Source of the DNA: Patescibacteria group bacterium
Lineage (GTDB): Bacteria; Patescibacteriota; Patescibacteriia; UBA10025; JAHIVO01
Direction: 5' to 3'
DNA: 64,000 nucleotides
NCBI GenBank assembly: GCA_041650915.1
Contig: JBAZKE010000006.1
Location: forward strand, 8,961-72,960
Part shown: piece by piece, positions 18,182 through 27,482 of the stretch
Layout: each line of letters opens with the position of its first letter
Position numbering within the stretch: position 1 is the stretch's first letter
Translations under genes and position numbers: made by a program
Notes under the pieces: generated by a model
Told to the model about the DNA's origin: nothing
The model's database searches: none
The model's input: the letters and a program-made list of their open reading frames with translations, nothing else

Positions 18182-20137
18182 ATGTCTAACGTGATCACCT
18201 TGCTCCGGGCCGAGGGTTCCCTGGTAGGGTATTTCGACTTTAGGTCCGGCACCATTCAGGATTGGTCGGGCCGGGGAAATCACGGGACGTTTACCTCAAC
18301 ACCCTACTTCACTCGTGACGGTTTGGATTTTGGGACCGGAAACTCCCGGTACGTTAATGTTCCTGACAGTGACAACCTGCGATTGACGACCGGGTGTCTC
18401 GTGGGATTCGCGGCCGGGGGTGGTATTAGGCAAGTAGCCAATGCGGCGTTTGTGTTCAAACGAGCCGCAACAATTGAATATAGCCTTAATTTAACTGCAT
18501 TGGCTATCGTCACCGACGGCACGGTTGGAACGAATATCACCTATACGCTTCCTTCCAATACCAAATACGTTGCGGCCAACATCACCAACGGCGCTAAATC
18601 AAACTTCTATGTCAATGGTCTTTACATTGGTGACAGTTCCAGCAACCTGACGCTGACCCCCTCGAATCAGGCCGTGAGGCTGGGAAATTTCGTCGATACC
18701 GTGACCAAGGTATCGGCTGTCCTGATTATCAACCGACCCTTGACCGCCACAGAACATTCCGCGCTGTTCAGTGAGCTTTCGGCCGCCACTTGGCCTGCCC
18801 TGACCCGTTGCATCAGCTATGTCGACACAAAGCCCCGGGTTCCGGATACTGGATTAGTGGCGGCATGGGATTTCGGGGCCCTGCAGAACGGCAAGGTTGT
18901 GGATCTGACGGGTCATGGTTATGACGCCACGGCCTTTGGTGTCGTGACGGAGCAGACCCCCTGGGGCCGCGGTGTCCGGGGCAACGGGACCAGCTCCTAC
19001 CTGCAGACCGGAAACGTCGACCTCAGCACCACCGATAAGGTCACGGTCGTGATGGTCGCGAAACCCCGAGATCTTGCTGTGTCGGCTGCAATGGTTGAGT
19101 TGTCGACCGGTTTTCCATCAGCCACTGATGGTCTTGCCCTGTACGGTGGGTCCAGCAACGTGAACGCCGGTTTGCGTGGCAATACCGGAACTTGCCTTGC
19201 TTCTACTGCCGCCATGACCTCCGGTGTGCCGTTGATGATCGTGGGTGTATTTGATAAATCGCTGGCCACTAACGAGTGCACCGTTTACCTCAATGGATTT
19301 GATGCCACGGCTACCCGGACCGACCTCAACAATACCAATTTGTTTGGAAACAAACCATTCTATTTCTTGGCCCGTGGAGGAGCCTCGCTGTTCTCGAATG
19401 CCTGGTTGAAAAGCTGTGCTGTCTACAACCGTGCCTTTACGGCCGCAGAAGTCCGGGCCACCTGGGATGCCAGCGGCCTGAAGTCTGCCGGCTGGTCCAC
19501 AGACTTTGGGGTTCCCGTGAGTGTTGCGGCGCGGGGCGGAACCGCGGGCCAGCAACTCGAAACCACAGATTTCAAGTTCCTGACCTCGACACCTCGGTAT
19601 AGTGTCGCGACATCGACTATTTCCGGCACGGTCGTCAAAACGATCTCGTGTTCGACCGCTGGTCCTTTGTTCCTGGGTTCTCCGTCCCTGGGCCAGACCC
19701 CCACAGAAGCAGCCTATGGTCAGTGGAGTTGTTGGTTCAATAAGTCGGCCGGTGGGGTAATCGATTGGATGCCGGTCGCCAGTGACAAGATTGCGCCGGC
19801 AACCGCCGGGAACAACGGCTACCTGCTCCGCATTGATGCCAGTGAAAAAGTTTGGTTCTATAAGAACAATGGCGTGACCTTGACGCAACTATTTGCCACG
19901 GGCAATGACTACATCGTAGCATCGACTTGGTACGGCTTGAGATTGGCCCGCAGTTATGCTGGCGCCTGGACCTTGCAGATCATCGGCGGGGCTTTCACGG
20001 GCTGGACCACTGTCGGAGGCGCCACCAACAACGACTATGTTGTGTCGGGTTACCAAATCTGGGATGTAGATTCGAGTGATTTGCTGAGTATCGGAAGTTG
20101 TTGCGGGAAATATCAGTACAGGAAATCAATAGCGTGA
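18182..20137 (+). CDS. Hypothetical structural protein (651 aa)
   Basis: ATG overlaps the upstream stop (TAAATG). T/S/G-rich, typical of tail fibre or baseplate proteins. Confidence 0.6.
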   Translation: MSNVITLLRAEGSLVGYFDFRSGTIQDWSGRGNHGTFTSTPYFTRDGLDFGTGNSRYVNVPDSDNLRLTTGCLVGFAAGGGIRQVANAAFVFKRAATIEYSLNLTALAIVTDGTVGTNITYTLPSNTKYVAANITNGAKSNFYVNGLYIGDSSSNLTLTPSNQAVRLGNFVDTVTKVSAVLIINRPLTATEHSALFSELSAATWPALTRCISYVDTKPRVPDTGLVAAWDFGALQNGKVVDLTGHGYDATAFGVVTEQTPWGRGVRGNGTSSYLQTGNVDLSTTDKVTVVMVAKPRDLAVSAAMVELSTGFPSATDGLALYGGSSNVNAGLRGNTGTCLASTAAMTSGVPLMIVGVFDKSLATNECTVYLNGFDATATRTDLNNTNLFGNKPFYFLARGGASLFSNAWLKSCAVYNRAFTAAEVRATWDASGLKSAGWSTDFGVPVSVAARGGTAGQQLETTDFKFLTSTPRYSVATSTISGTVVKTISCSTAGPLFLGSPSLGQTPTEAAYGQWSCWFNKSAGGVIDWMPVASDKIAPATAGNNGYLLRIDASEKVWFYKNNGVTLTQLFATGNDYIVASTWYGLRLARSYAGAWTLQIIGGAFTGWTTVGGATNNDYVVSGYQIWDVDSSDLLSIGSCCGKYQYRKSIA

Positions 20138-20173
20138 TGTCGAAACATCAATACTGGACCGCGAGGAACCAAC

Positions 20174-20614
20174 ATGGCGTTCACATATAATTCCGGCCTG
20201 TTCCTCTTGGCCGACGAAACCACGGGCGTACGATGGAATGACCCGGCTGCTGTATTCCACATGGCGCTCGTGACGGCCGCGTATGTATTTGACCCCACCC
20301 ATACTGTTTACGGGGACCTAAGTGCGGAGATTACAAACATATCTTATGTCGCGGGTGGTAATGCCATCACTACTCGCACATGTATAAAAGACAATATAAA
20401 TGATCGCATAATCTTTGATGGTGATGACGTAACCTACGTCGCGTTGGCCGCTGGTGACCTTCCGGCAGCCGGCGTGATCTATTTAAATTCCGTCGGACAG
20501 CCCAAAACCCTCGTCAGTTATAATGCCATCACGGTGCCGATCATGCCGAGCGGTGGAGCGTTCACCATCATGGCAAATGCCACTACAGGGTATTTTATTA
20601 TCTCAAATCTGTAG
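20174..20614 (+). CDS. Hypothetical protein (146 aa)
   Basis: RBS GAGGAA. Confidence 0.5.
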   Translation: MAFTYNSGLFLLADETTGVRWNDPAAVFHMALVTAAYVFDPTHTVYGDLSAEITNISYVAGGNAITTRTCIKDNINDRIIFDGDDVTYVALAAGDLPAAGVIYLNSVGQPKTLVSYNAITVPIMPSGGAFTIMANATTGYFIISNL

Positions 20615-20620
20615 TGCAGT

Positions 20621-21169
20621 ATGGCCGATTATGCCCTGACGGATCTCAGTTGGTACCGCTATCTGCAGGACGTCCAGGCTCCGGTTTCTTCTGCTTCGGC
20701 CAACGCCGAGGCTCAAGATGTTACCGTTCAGGTCGACCTGTCGGTTCTGGTTTCTTCTGCTTCGGCCAATGCCGAGGCCCAGAACGTCACGGTCACAGGT
20801 GGGGCACCGCCGGTTGTCAATCGTCGTGTCTTGGTCGCGACGGCCTCGGCCAATTGGTCGGCGCAGAGCGTCACGGCAGTCGAGCAGGGCTACTGGGTCA
20901 CGACCTTCTGGGCTGCGGTCCAGACCACCACGGACCTGGCCAGCATCGAGAACATCGCGTCCACGTCTCTACAGGGCGCAGGAGTTTTCAGCACCGACTT
21001 GGCGTCGTGGAGCAGCAGTACTGACCTTATGTCTGCCGCGGGCGACGACATCACGTTGACCTTGGGATTGCCGGCCAGAACTGATTTTTGGTCGTCAGCC
21101 CTGCACGAAACTGAGTTCCTCGGTTTGGCCATCAGGACCGACTTCTTCTCCACCCCAACCCCGCTGTAA
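20621..21169 (+). CDS. Hypothetical repeat-containing protein (182 aa)
   Basis: Contains an in-frame 66-bp tandem repeat (22-aa VSSASANAEAQxVTV unit) and TDLAS/TDF repeats. Confidence 0.5.
   Translation: MADYALTDLSWYRYLQDVQAPVSSASANAEAQDVTVQVDLSVLVSSASANAEAQNVTVTGGAPPVVNRRVLVATASANWSAQSVTAVEQGYWVTTFWAAVQTTTDLASIENIASTSLQGAGVFSTDLASWSSSTDLMSAAGDDITLTLGLPARTDFWSSALHETEFLGLAIRTDFFSTPTPL
20683..20806 (+). repeat. 66-bp tandem direct repeat (about 1.9 copies), in-frame within a CDS
   Basis: GGTTTCTTCTGCTTCGGCCAA[CT]GCCGAGGC... recurs at 20683 and 20749. Confidence 0.7.
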
Positions 21170-21179
21170 AATGTGAAAC

Positions 21180-21533
21180 ATGGCCTATGCAACGTCCATC
21201 ACGATGTATCGAAATCGCAACCACACCGTCAGGGTAACGGTGGACCTCACGACCTTGGTGTCGATCCAGAACGCCACCGTGCGGTTTTCAGTTCGGCGCG
21301 GGGCCGTGACGGAAAACGGCGCCATCGTGATCAACAAAACAAATCTTCCCAGTATTGTGCTGGGTGCTGAAGTCATCTTGCCCGACACCGTCGAGTTCTA
21401 CCTGCAGCCCAGCGATACCTCAGGGTTGACAGCAGGAAATTACACGGCTGACGCGACCATCACGACGACGCTCGGTACCTTCCAACTCTTGGCGCCCTTG
21501 GCCCTGACGCTCATGGAGCCCGTGACACCGTAA
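21180..21533 (+). CDS. Hypothetical protein (117 aa)
   Basis: ORF in the structural gene run. Confidence 0.45.
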   Translation: MAYATSITMYRNRNHTVRVTVDLTTLVSIQNATVRFSVRRGAVTENGAIVINKTNLPSIVLGAEVILPDTVEFYLQPSDTSGLTAGNYTADATITTTLGTFQLLAPLALTLMEPVTP

Positions 21534-22639
21534 TGGCCGATTTCAACGATCTCGACCTGACGCAATACACCCCGGCAGAATCGGATGACATCCGCGAAGC
21601 CGATTTGGATTTGGTACTGCTCATGATGTCGAGTGACGCCGACGCGCCTGGGCAGATTAATATGGACAACATCACGACCGGAACCGATCTGGGGTCTGAC
21701 ATGGCTGTTTGGGCTACTCTGCGTAATCGAGTTTTGACCGATGCCGTCAGCACGACCAACCGCGCCTGTCAATTCCTGGCGTTTGTTGATGAGCATTTGG
21801 TCACGACGGCCGGCTGGACTCGTGTCGGTAGTGGTGGCGGAACTGCCAGTGGTCTCTACGGATGGGGCGCCGCAAAGGTCCTGCCGGCCTTTGCGGCTTC
21901 CCCTGGGTTAATGAAAACCCTGGCCTGGGGCCTCTATCAGAACGCCAGTGGTGCTCAGGTACTGTTCAGCCTGTCAACCGCCTACTGTAAGATCCAACTG
22001 GCCCCTCAAGGCGGGTTTGCCGCCGGGGCGTCCGATGAAGACACACTGCCAACGGCACCGGCCGAAAATCTCGTCCTGACTACCACCACGACTTACACGA
22101 ATGTGGGCGCTAATCTCAATCAAGTGTTCACGTTTGCCTATACTGCGGACCATAATTCATTTATATTTTTCGGCAAATTTGGCGCCGTCGACAACCTTGC
22201 GTATGCGATCGTGAAACTTGAGGATTACAAAACCGGCGATACCCGACCTTACTGGGCCTATTGCAATGCCAGGTCTGACGCCGATAATTGGTCATTACTG
22301 TTGATGTCATCCACGCCCATAACCGACAGCATGATCGGCTGGCACCCCACGACCGGCAAACAGGTCTACTCGATCTTGAACCCCGTGACCAACTCAGCCG
22401 ATGTGTTTCTGAACATGCCGGTTGACCCAGTCAGCGGATACCACCAAAAACTAGAATGTTTGCTGGGCTGTACGACCGCGGGCTCAATTCACTTGCGTGG
22501 CAAGATACCCGGAGTCTACCGAGTGTCCAGCGCCTTGGCAACCGGCGACAAGCTCAGCCTGTCCGGCGGCGTGTATGAGCAGGTGGTGATCGGTGATTAT
22601 GCGGTTCCGTGGATGAGTTCCGACGCGATGACGTGGTAA
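21533..22639 (+). CDS. Hypothetical structural protein (368 aa)
   Basis: ATG overlaps the upstream stop (TAATG). Confidence 0.55.
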   Translation: MADFNDLDLTQYTPAESDDIREADLDLVLLMMSSDADAPGQINMDNITTGTDLGSDMAVWATLRNRVLTDAVSTTNRACQFLAFVDEHLVTTAGWTRVGSGGGTASGLYGWGAAKVLPAFAASPGLMKTLAWGLYQNASGAQVLFSLSTAYCKIQLAPQGGFAAGASDEDTLPTAPAENLVLTTTTTYTNVGANLNQVFTFAYTADHNSFIFFGKFGAVDNLAYAIVKLEDYKTGDTRPYWAYCNARSDADNWSLLLMSSTPITDSMIGWHPTTGKQVYSILNPVTNSADVFLNMPVDPVSGYHQKLECLLGCTTAGSIHLRGKIPGVYRVSSALATGDKLSLSGGVYEQVVIGDYAVPWMSSDAMTW

Positions 22640-22643
22640 TATC

Positions 22644-23387
22644 ATGACCAGATATTTAGTCTACCGAAATGCTGTTTATCGCATCGCTTCCATGCCGTTG
22701 CAAGTTTTGCAGTTGGGCCCTGGCCAGAAATTCGATCCTGATTTCAAGACTTCCTGCACGCCTCCTTGGCAGGTTAACCCCTTCAATTACAAGCCGCTGT
22801 GCAGCAGCGGTAATCAACAACCGCTCTGGACCTCATCATACGACTACGAGGCAAAAAGTACTGAATGGCTAAGGTACTGCGCTCGCGGCTATGAAGACGA
22901 CATTGGGGAACAGGCCGTCATTTTTGAAGTGTCACCGTCTGCACGTGTGATGCATATTTTGAACGAAGACGACTTTGAAACAGCTTTAGGTCTATATCCT
23001 GGTGAGCCTTCCAACGACATGAAACGCATGGGAATGGGCCGACCTTTAGATTGGAACGCTGTCGCGCAGGAGTACGATGGATTTCATGTAGGGCGCGAAG
23101 CAATTTCTACTTCAGAACTTCGGGAGTGGAGCGTCGAATCGACCGTATGGTTTAACCCGAAAGTCTTGACGGTAAAGCAAATAGTTGACATCCAACATTA
23201 CTGTGACGCCGCTGGACACGGTCGTAGTTTGTCCCCACAAGAGCGTAAAGACATCAAGCAACAAAAAGAACAAACAGAAGAGTCTTTCGGGGAAAAACTT
23301 GACCAGTGGCTCGAGCACAGGACTGGGCCACAACCACAGCCGCCCCATGACCAGTACAGGTTCCGTTACGAAATACCCCGGCCATAG
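22644..23387 (+). CDS. Hypothetical protein (247 aa) with N-terminal hairpin tag MTRYLVYRNAVYRI
   Basis: Tag variant at residues 3-13. Confidence 0.55.
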   Translation: MTRYLVYRNAVYRIASMPLQVLQLGPGQKFDPDFKTSCTPPWQVNPFNYKPLCSSGNQQPLWTSSYDYEAKSTEWLRYCARGYEDDIGEQAVIFEVSPSARVMHILNEDDFETALGLYPGEPSNDMKRMGMGRPLDWNAVAQEYDGFHVGREAISTSELREWSVESTVWFNPKVLTVKQIVDIQHYCDAAGHGRSLSPQERKDIKQQKEQTEESFGEKLDQWLEHRTGPQPQPPHDQYRFRYEIPRP

Positions 23388-23402
23388 CAGCAAGGAAAAT
23401 TC

Positions 23403-23457
23403 AATGCCGACAAAACTGCAATACCGTGGTCATGTTTACCGGCAAGCCAACCCCTGA
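23403..23457 (+). CDS. Tag-only mini-ORF (MPTKLQYRGHVYRQANP), possibly a frameshifted N-terminus of the 23426..24460 gene
   Basis: AAGGAAAA RBS 7 nt upstream. Encodes only the hairpin tag, then stops. Overlaps the next ORF in the -1 frame. Confidence 0.3.
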
Positions 23458-24460
23458 ATGGTGGGGACAGGACCAAGATCATCACTACACGCAGCCCGCA
23501 GATCCCGAGACTGAAATCCCGGTGGCAGATCTGCTGCGGGAATTCGACGAGATGATCGAGATCGCGTGCCGAGACGGCACCTGGAATGTTGATCCATATC
23601 TCTTCGGCATGGCCAATGGCATGATTTTCATGCGGTCAATAGTCAGCGGCGAAGAACCTCAGTATTTGGAGGCGCCGGCCGAGTGGTCGGGCGAGTCCAG
23701 TGGGGTAGAGGCAGAATCGGATAAGCGTTCACTTGCGCGGGGTGAAACTACACGTTACGTTACCCGTGACTATCTTCGCCAATATGTAGAGTCTACCGGT
23801 GTCGATTTGGACGACATAAAGCGTCATTATGGCCTCGGACAACATTCGGCCAGTGCCCAGTACCGACGGGGTTTTGTCGACGGGCAGGATTTCGGGCATG
23901 CTATTTTAGACGACGCGGCCCAACTTGAGCATGGTACCACAGCACTACAACGTGATGTCGACCGATTAGGCTGGGACGGGGCCGTTGAGCACCAGCAAGA
24001 TTTAGGCGACGCGGCCCAGCAACGTCTGGACCCCAATGCCATCAGCAAAACCATGTGGCAAATGGGCGTGCGGGATGCCAAACTGCTCGGCCCAGGGCTT
24101 ATAACAGTCGAAGAGGCGAAAGCTAGGGCGGCCAGAAGTGTCGCCAGCACTAAACAAGAAATATTGGCAACCCTGACCTCCAAGTTTAATTTCGGCGAAC
24201 CCAACGAATTTGACACACAAATCAGCACCGAAGCGGCCTACGCGCAGGAGCAGGACGCCATGGTGGCGTGGACAGCAGTCCGGCAGTACATCGATTCCGT
24301 GCTGCGGCAGCTCCTTCCCGTCACCACGACCGAAACAGATTTCGGCATGGCCCAAACCATCCTTGGTCTCATTGAGGTGGCGTCACATGTCGGTCGTGTG
24401 CGTTGCCGATGCTCAGATCCTTGGCGACTGCATGTCGGCATCACGACGCTCGCCAAATAG
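23426..24460 (+). CDS. Hypothetical protein (344 aa)
   Basis: Long ORF. Its own ATG lacks an RBS, whereas the out-of-frame 23403 ATG has a good one. Confidence 0.5.
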   Translation: MVMFTGKPTPEWWGQDQDHHYTQPADPETEIPVADLLREFDEMIEIACRDGTWNVDPYLFGMANGMIFMRSIVSGEEPQYLEAPAEWSGESSGVEAESDKRSLARGETTRYVTRDYLRQYVESTGVDLDDIKRHYGLGQHSASAQYRRGFVDGQDFGHAILDDAAQLEHGTTALQRDVDRLGWDGAVEHQQDLGDAAQQRLDPNAISKTMWQMGVRDAKLLGPGLITVEEAKARAARSVASTKQEILATLTSKFNFGEPNEFDTQISTEAAYAQEQDAMVAWTAVRQYIDSVLRQLLPVTTTETDFGMAQTILGLIEVASHVGRVRCRCSDPWRLHVGITTLAK

Positions 24461-24717
24461 TCTGCCACACACCTGCTTTGCCATGTCGTACTCCTCAGAT
24501 CCAAACGATCGACTGAGAAATATTTTAGCAATAATTTTATTGCTTTACCTAGTTTATTGGTTCTGGAGTTACTTCCCGAAGCACCAATCACGTTAATTTT
24601 GGGTATACGACGAGTACACGAAACAATTCGGGCAAGCAGATCCCACGGCTCCGCTGGTCAAATACCTTCAGACTCTCAAATCGTTCGAGAAGTAACAACT
24701 GCAGCACACTTTTCCGC

Positions 24718-24752
24718 TTGACATTCCCACCGTTCCCTGCTATGTTGCTAGT
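24718..24752 (+). promoter_or_regulatory. Sigma70-like promoter P1 (TTGACA-17-TATGTT) driving a leaderless ATG
   Basis: -35 at 24718-24723 and -10 at 24741-24746. The ATG at 24753 lies 7 nt after the -10. Upstream TTTTCCGC extension. Confidence 0.55.
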
Positions 24753-25226
24753 ATGCCAGCCAAATCCTACTACGCATTTGCCTTTGGCAAAGCCGATTTC
24801 GAAAACAATATTTTAGTTCCTCTGAGTGCTGCGTTCCGTCATTTCTGCATGGCAGAATGGTGTAAAGCGCTCGGCACTACACACAAGTTTTTCGATCACT
24901 GGTCGGCAGAAGTCGACAATCTCACCGACACTTACCTGGAAGCTGTCGTGCAGCCAACGACGCTGCAGCCGGCTGGCAGAATTAAAGTTTATCTCCGCGT
25001 AGTTGCCCGGCTGCGCGATCAAGACGAGCACTTGCAGAACCTGGCGTTCCAGCACTATTGCAAGTCATTTCCAGAACAGCATCCGAAAACTACACGGCTG
25101 CCCAAAGTCGTGATCGACGCATTCTGGCACGACATCCATCTCCGCACCAAAGCTGCACTCGTCGACACCCGGCAGACAGGGCGCATTTGGCTATTCGAGT
25201 CTGTTTTCAGCCCGATTTCCGCTTGA
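24753..25226 (+). CDS. Hypothetical early protein, tandem paralog 1 (157 aa)
   Basis: Leaderless start. About 45% identical to the 25258..25737 product (both contain VPLxAAFRHxCxxxWCxxxGTT). Confidence 0.6.
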   Translation: MPAKSYYAFAFGKADFENNILVPLSAAFRHFCMAEWCKALGTTHKFFDHWSAEVDNLTDTYLEAVVQPTTLQPAGRIKVYLRVVARLRDQDEHLQNLAFQHYCKSFPEQHPKTTRLPKVVIDAFWHDIHLRTKAALVDTRQTGRIWLFESVFSPISA

Positions 25227-25257
25227 CATTCCCACCGTTCTCTGCTACTCTGGCTAT
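25223..25257 (+). promoter_or_regulatory. Sigma70-like promoter P2 (TTGACA-17-TACTCT) driving a leaderless ATG
   Basis: Near-identical copy of P1 (TTTCCGCTTGACATTCCCACCGTTCyCTGCTA). ATG at 25258. Confidence 0.55.
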
Positions 25258-25737
25258 ATGACTACTGTATGCCGTATTGGCTTCGCATTCTCAAAAACTG
25301 AACTCGAGAACCAGATGTTGGTCCCGCTGCGCGCCGCATTCCGCCACTATTGTTTGGTCGCGTGGTGTCGGCTACAGGGCACCACATATCAGTACTACGA
25401 CCACTGGCAGGCGGAGGTTGTGAATCTTACTGCAGCGTTTTTCGATGCGCTGACGACGCCTTCAACACTTAAACCTGCCGGTAGAATTAGAGCATACGAG
25501 CACGTCGTCGCAGGAATCCGAGATAATACGATTGTGTTCGAGGAAGCAGCACGCGACCACTATTTGGACGCCTTTCCCGAGCAAGAAGACAAGATTAAGA
25601 ACAAGCGTTTGGACAAAGCTACATTGGATAAATTCTGGATTTTATTGAACGCGCGTGCGAAAAAGAACCTCGTCGCGAACAAACTCGTGGGCAAACGCTG
25701 GCAGTTCGAATCAGTTTTTGGTCCTATCGACGCTTAG
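25258..25737 (+). CDS. Hypothetical early protein, tandem paralog 2 (159 aa)
   Basis: Leaderless start. Paralog of the 24753..25226 gene. Confidence 0.6.
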   Translation: MTTVCRIGFAFSKTELENQMLVPLRAAFRHYCLVAWCRLQGTTYQYYDHWQAEVVNLTAAFFDALTTPSTLKPAGRIRAYEHVVAGIRDNTIVFEEAARDHYLDAFPEQEDKIKNKRLDKATLDKFWILLNARAKKNLVANKLVGKRWQFESVFGPIDA

Positions 25738-25842
25738 TTTCTTGCTAGCCGATTTTTCCTACCCTACAACCACGCCACTTTCCCACGTCTCCTGCATAAA
25801 AATGGCTCCGGCTGCCCTTTTCCCGTGACACAGCAGTAAAAG

Positions 25843-25860
25843 CACGTTATACTTTAGTAA
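25843..25860 (+). promoter_or_regulatory. Conserved CACGTTA...TTTAGTA promoter-like element (copy 2)
   Basis: CACGTTATACTTTAGTAA followed by an 8-bp palindrome GTAACCAC/GTGGTTAC, upstream of the 25879 gene. Confidence 0.35.
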
Positions 25861-25878
25861 CCACCGCGGTGATTCCCC

Positions 25879-27468
25879 GTGGTTACTACCAAAGGACGCC
25901 TCATGCTGTGGAATAAAGCCAAGTTTGATTTCGCCGTCACGACGCTTAAATCCCATACTTCCATTGAAAGCGTCTGCGCCATTCTTTCCAAGAGGTGGAG
26001 AGAAACCATCTCACCAAACGCACTGCGCCGCGCGTTTCGCCGCGAAAAGCTCAAGCAGCCCCAGAGCTACTTGAAAAACGAAAAGTCCTTGGGACCTGAA
26101 TGCCAGGGCAAGGTTGCGAAAAAGAATTTTGTTGTCTGGGATGCCGGCGTAATCAAAACTACAATCGAAGTGTTGAAGCGCCACGGCACATTGGCACCGG
26201 CTTGTGCGGAATTAGCCGAATTGTTCAAGCTACCGGTGAACAAATACTCCATGGCGCGGGGCTTCCAGCGCCTGGGGCTAAAGCCTCCAGCGAGTTTCTT
26301 AGATCCGCACAAAAACATTGAAGCTCGGCACGAACAAGCCCGCCGAGCCGGAAATGCGTTCGCCCGAAACGTCGAGGCGAAGAAACTGGGGACCAGAGCG
26401 GGGATCGGGAAGATTGAGATGCCGGAGTGGACCCTTGGTGAAGACGAAGAAGGCCGAGCGGTTAAGCCGCCAAAAATTGGCTTAAACCTAGACGAAGGGC
26501 AACGCCGATTATTCCTAAGCACAGTACAACGAGGGCCTAGAACGATCAATGAACTAGCAGACCAGTTTGACGTTTCGCCCAAAACCATTAGAAGTATTTT
26601 TGAATCACTACAAGGTCAAGGGTATACACTAGCCCTAGAGCACGATCAGGTTATAAGTTTTAACTCTAACGCAGAAAACAGCATAGAAAACGCGAAAGAA
26701 ATTCCAGACTACGCCGGAGAGGACGGAGTTTTCTGTTTCGGCGCTGTGGCTGATACACATTTTGGCTCCAAATATTGTGACGAGCAAGCGTTTAAAGATT
26801 ACGTTGATTACGCCTACTCACTAGGTGTTAGAACTATACTGCACGCAGGCGACTTGATGACTGGTTTGCTTAACCACCACGGTATGTCATACGAGGTAAA
26901 ATTATTAGGTTTTGACGAGCAGGTAGAGCATACCCTCAACTCTCTACCGCAGAGAGAAAGTCTATCTTATTGGTATATTATCGGGAACCACGAGCAAAAT
27001 TCCTGGGCAAAATCAATAGGTTACTCGCCTGGACGCGCCTTAGAGCGCCGCGCCCGCGAGCTAGGACGCACCGATATACACTATATAGGTGATATACAAG
27101 GCAGAGTGGTATTCGGACAAGAAGAACAAGCTATTAAGGTCGAGCTGGCGCACCCCAAAGTCAGCGGAAGCACATATGCAATTTCATATCCGGTACAAAA
27201 ATGGGTAGAACGCATGCCTGGAGGGGCAAAGCCGCATATACTTTTGTCAGGCCATCTTCACAACTACTCTATCATAAATACACGAAATGTAGTTTGTATC
27301 CAGCCAGGGTGCTTTGAGCATTCCACTCCATACACTAAAGAAATGGGCTTGCACCCCGCCGTTGGAGGAGTTATTGTTTGGGCTAAGCGAGACGGCGTAA
27401 ACTTATGGCTTCGTAGTGAGTGGGTAGCAACCCGCACCAAACCTGTAGACTGGACCCAGATCGAATGA
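25879..27468 (+). CDS. Calcineurin-like metallophosphoesterase domain protein (529 aa) with an N-terminal half of unknown function
   Basis: C-terminal motifs GAVADTHFG (D-x-H), HAGDLM (GD), IIGNHEQ (GNHE) and SGHLHN. RBS AAAGGACG. Confidence 0.7.
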   Translation: MVTTKGRLMLWNKAKFDFAVTTLKSHTSIESVCAILSKRWRETISPNALRRAFRREKLKQPQSYLKNEKSLGPECQGKVAKKNFVVWDAGVIKTTIEVLKRHGTLAPACAELAELFKLPVNKYSMARGFQRLGLKPPASFLDPHKNIEARHEQARRAGNAFARNVEAKKLGTRAGIGKIEMPEWTLGEDEEGRAVKPPKIGLNLDEGQRRLFLSTVQRGPRTINELADQFDVSPKTIRSIFESLQGQGYTLALEHDQVISFNSNAENSIENAKEIPDYAGEDGVFCFGAVADTHFGSKYCDEQAFKDYVDYAYSLGVRTILHAGDLMTGLLNHHGMSYEVKLLGFDEQVEHTLNSLPQRESLSYWYIIGNHEQNSWAKSIGYSPGRALERRARELGRTDIHYIGDIQGRVVFGQEEQAIKVELAHPKVSGSTYAISYPVQKWVERMPGGAKPHILLSGHLHNYSIINTRNVVCIQPGCFEHSTPYTKEMGLHPAVGGVIVWAKRDGVNLWLRSEWVATRTKPVDWTQIE

Positions 27469-27482
27469 CTCGCGGGTGACTT

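Noticed and set aside
19118-19888. 256-aa minus-strand ORF inside the 651-aa structural gene.
   Set aside because: Antisense shadow ORF (Gly/Arg-rich). No translation signals.
20683-20806. CRISPR array.
   Set aside because: Only about 2 copies. The repeats are contiguous, with no spacers, and lie in-frame inside a CDS. No other spaced-repeat array is seen in the window.
20614-21059. Alternative + frame ORFs (20614..21024, 20718..21059) overlapping 20621..21169.
   Set aside because: Arg/Gly/Pro-rich out-of-frame translations of the repeat-containing gene. The 20621 frame carries the coherent repeat peptides.
23426-23457. A canonical -1 programmed frameshift site joining the tag mini-ORF to the 344-aa ORF.
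   Set aside because: No X XXY YYZ slippery heptamer in the overlap. An indel or decay is more likely than programmed recoding.
24210-24596. + strand ORF overlapping the 3' end of the 23426..24460 gene and extending into the intergenic region.
   Set aside because: Out-of-frame overlap with a better-supported gene. The region downstream contains promoter-like elements instead.
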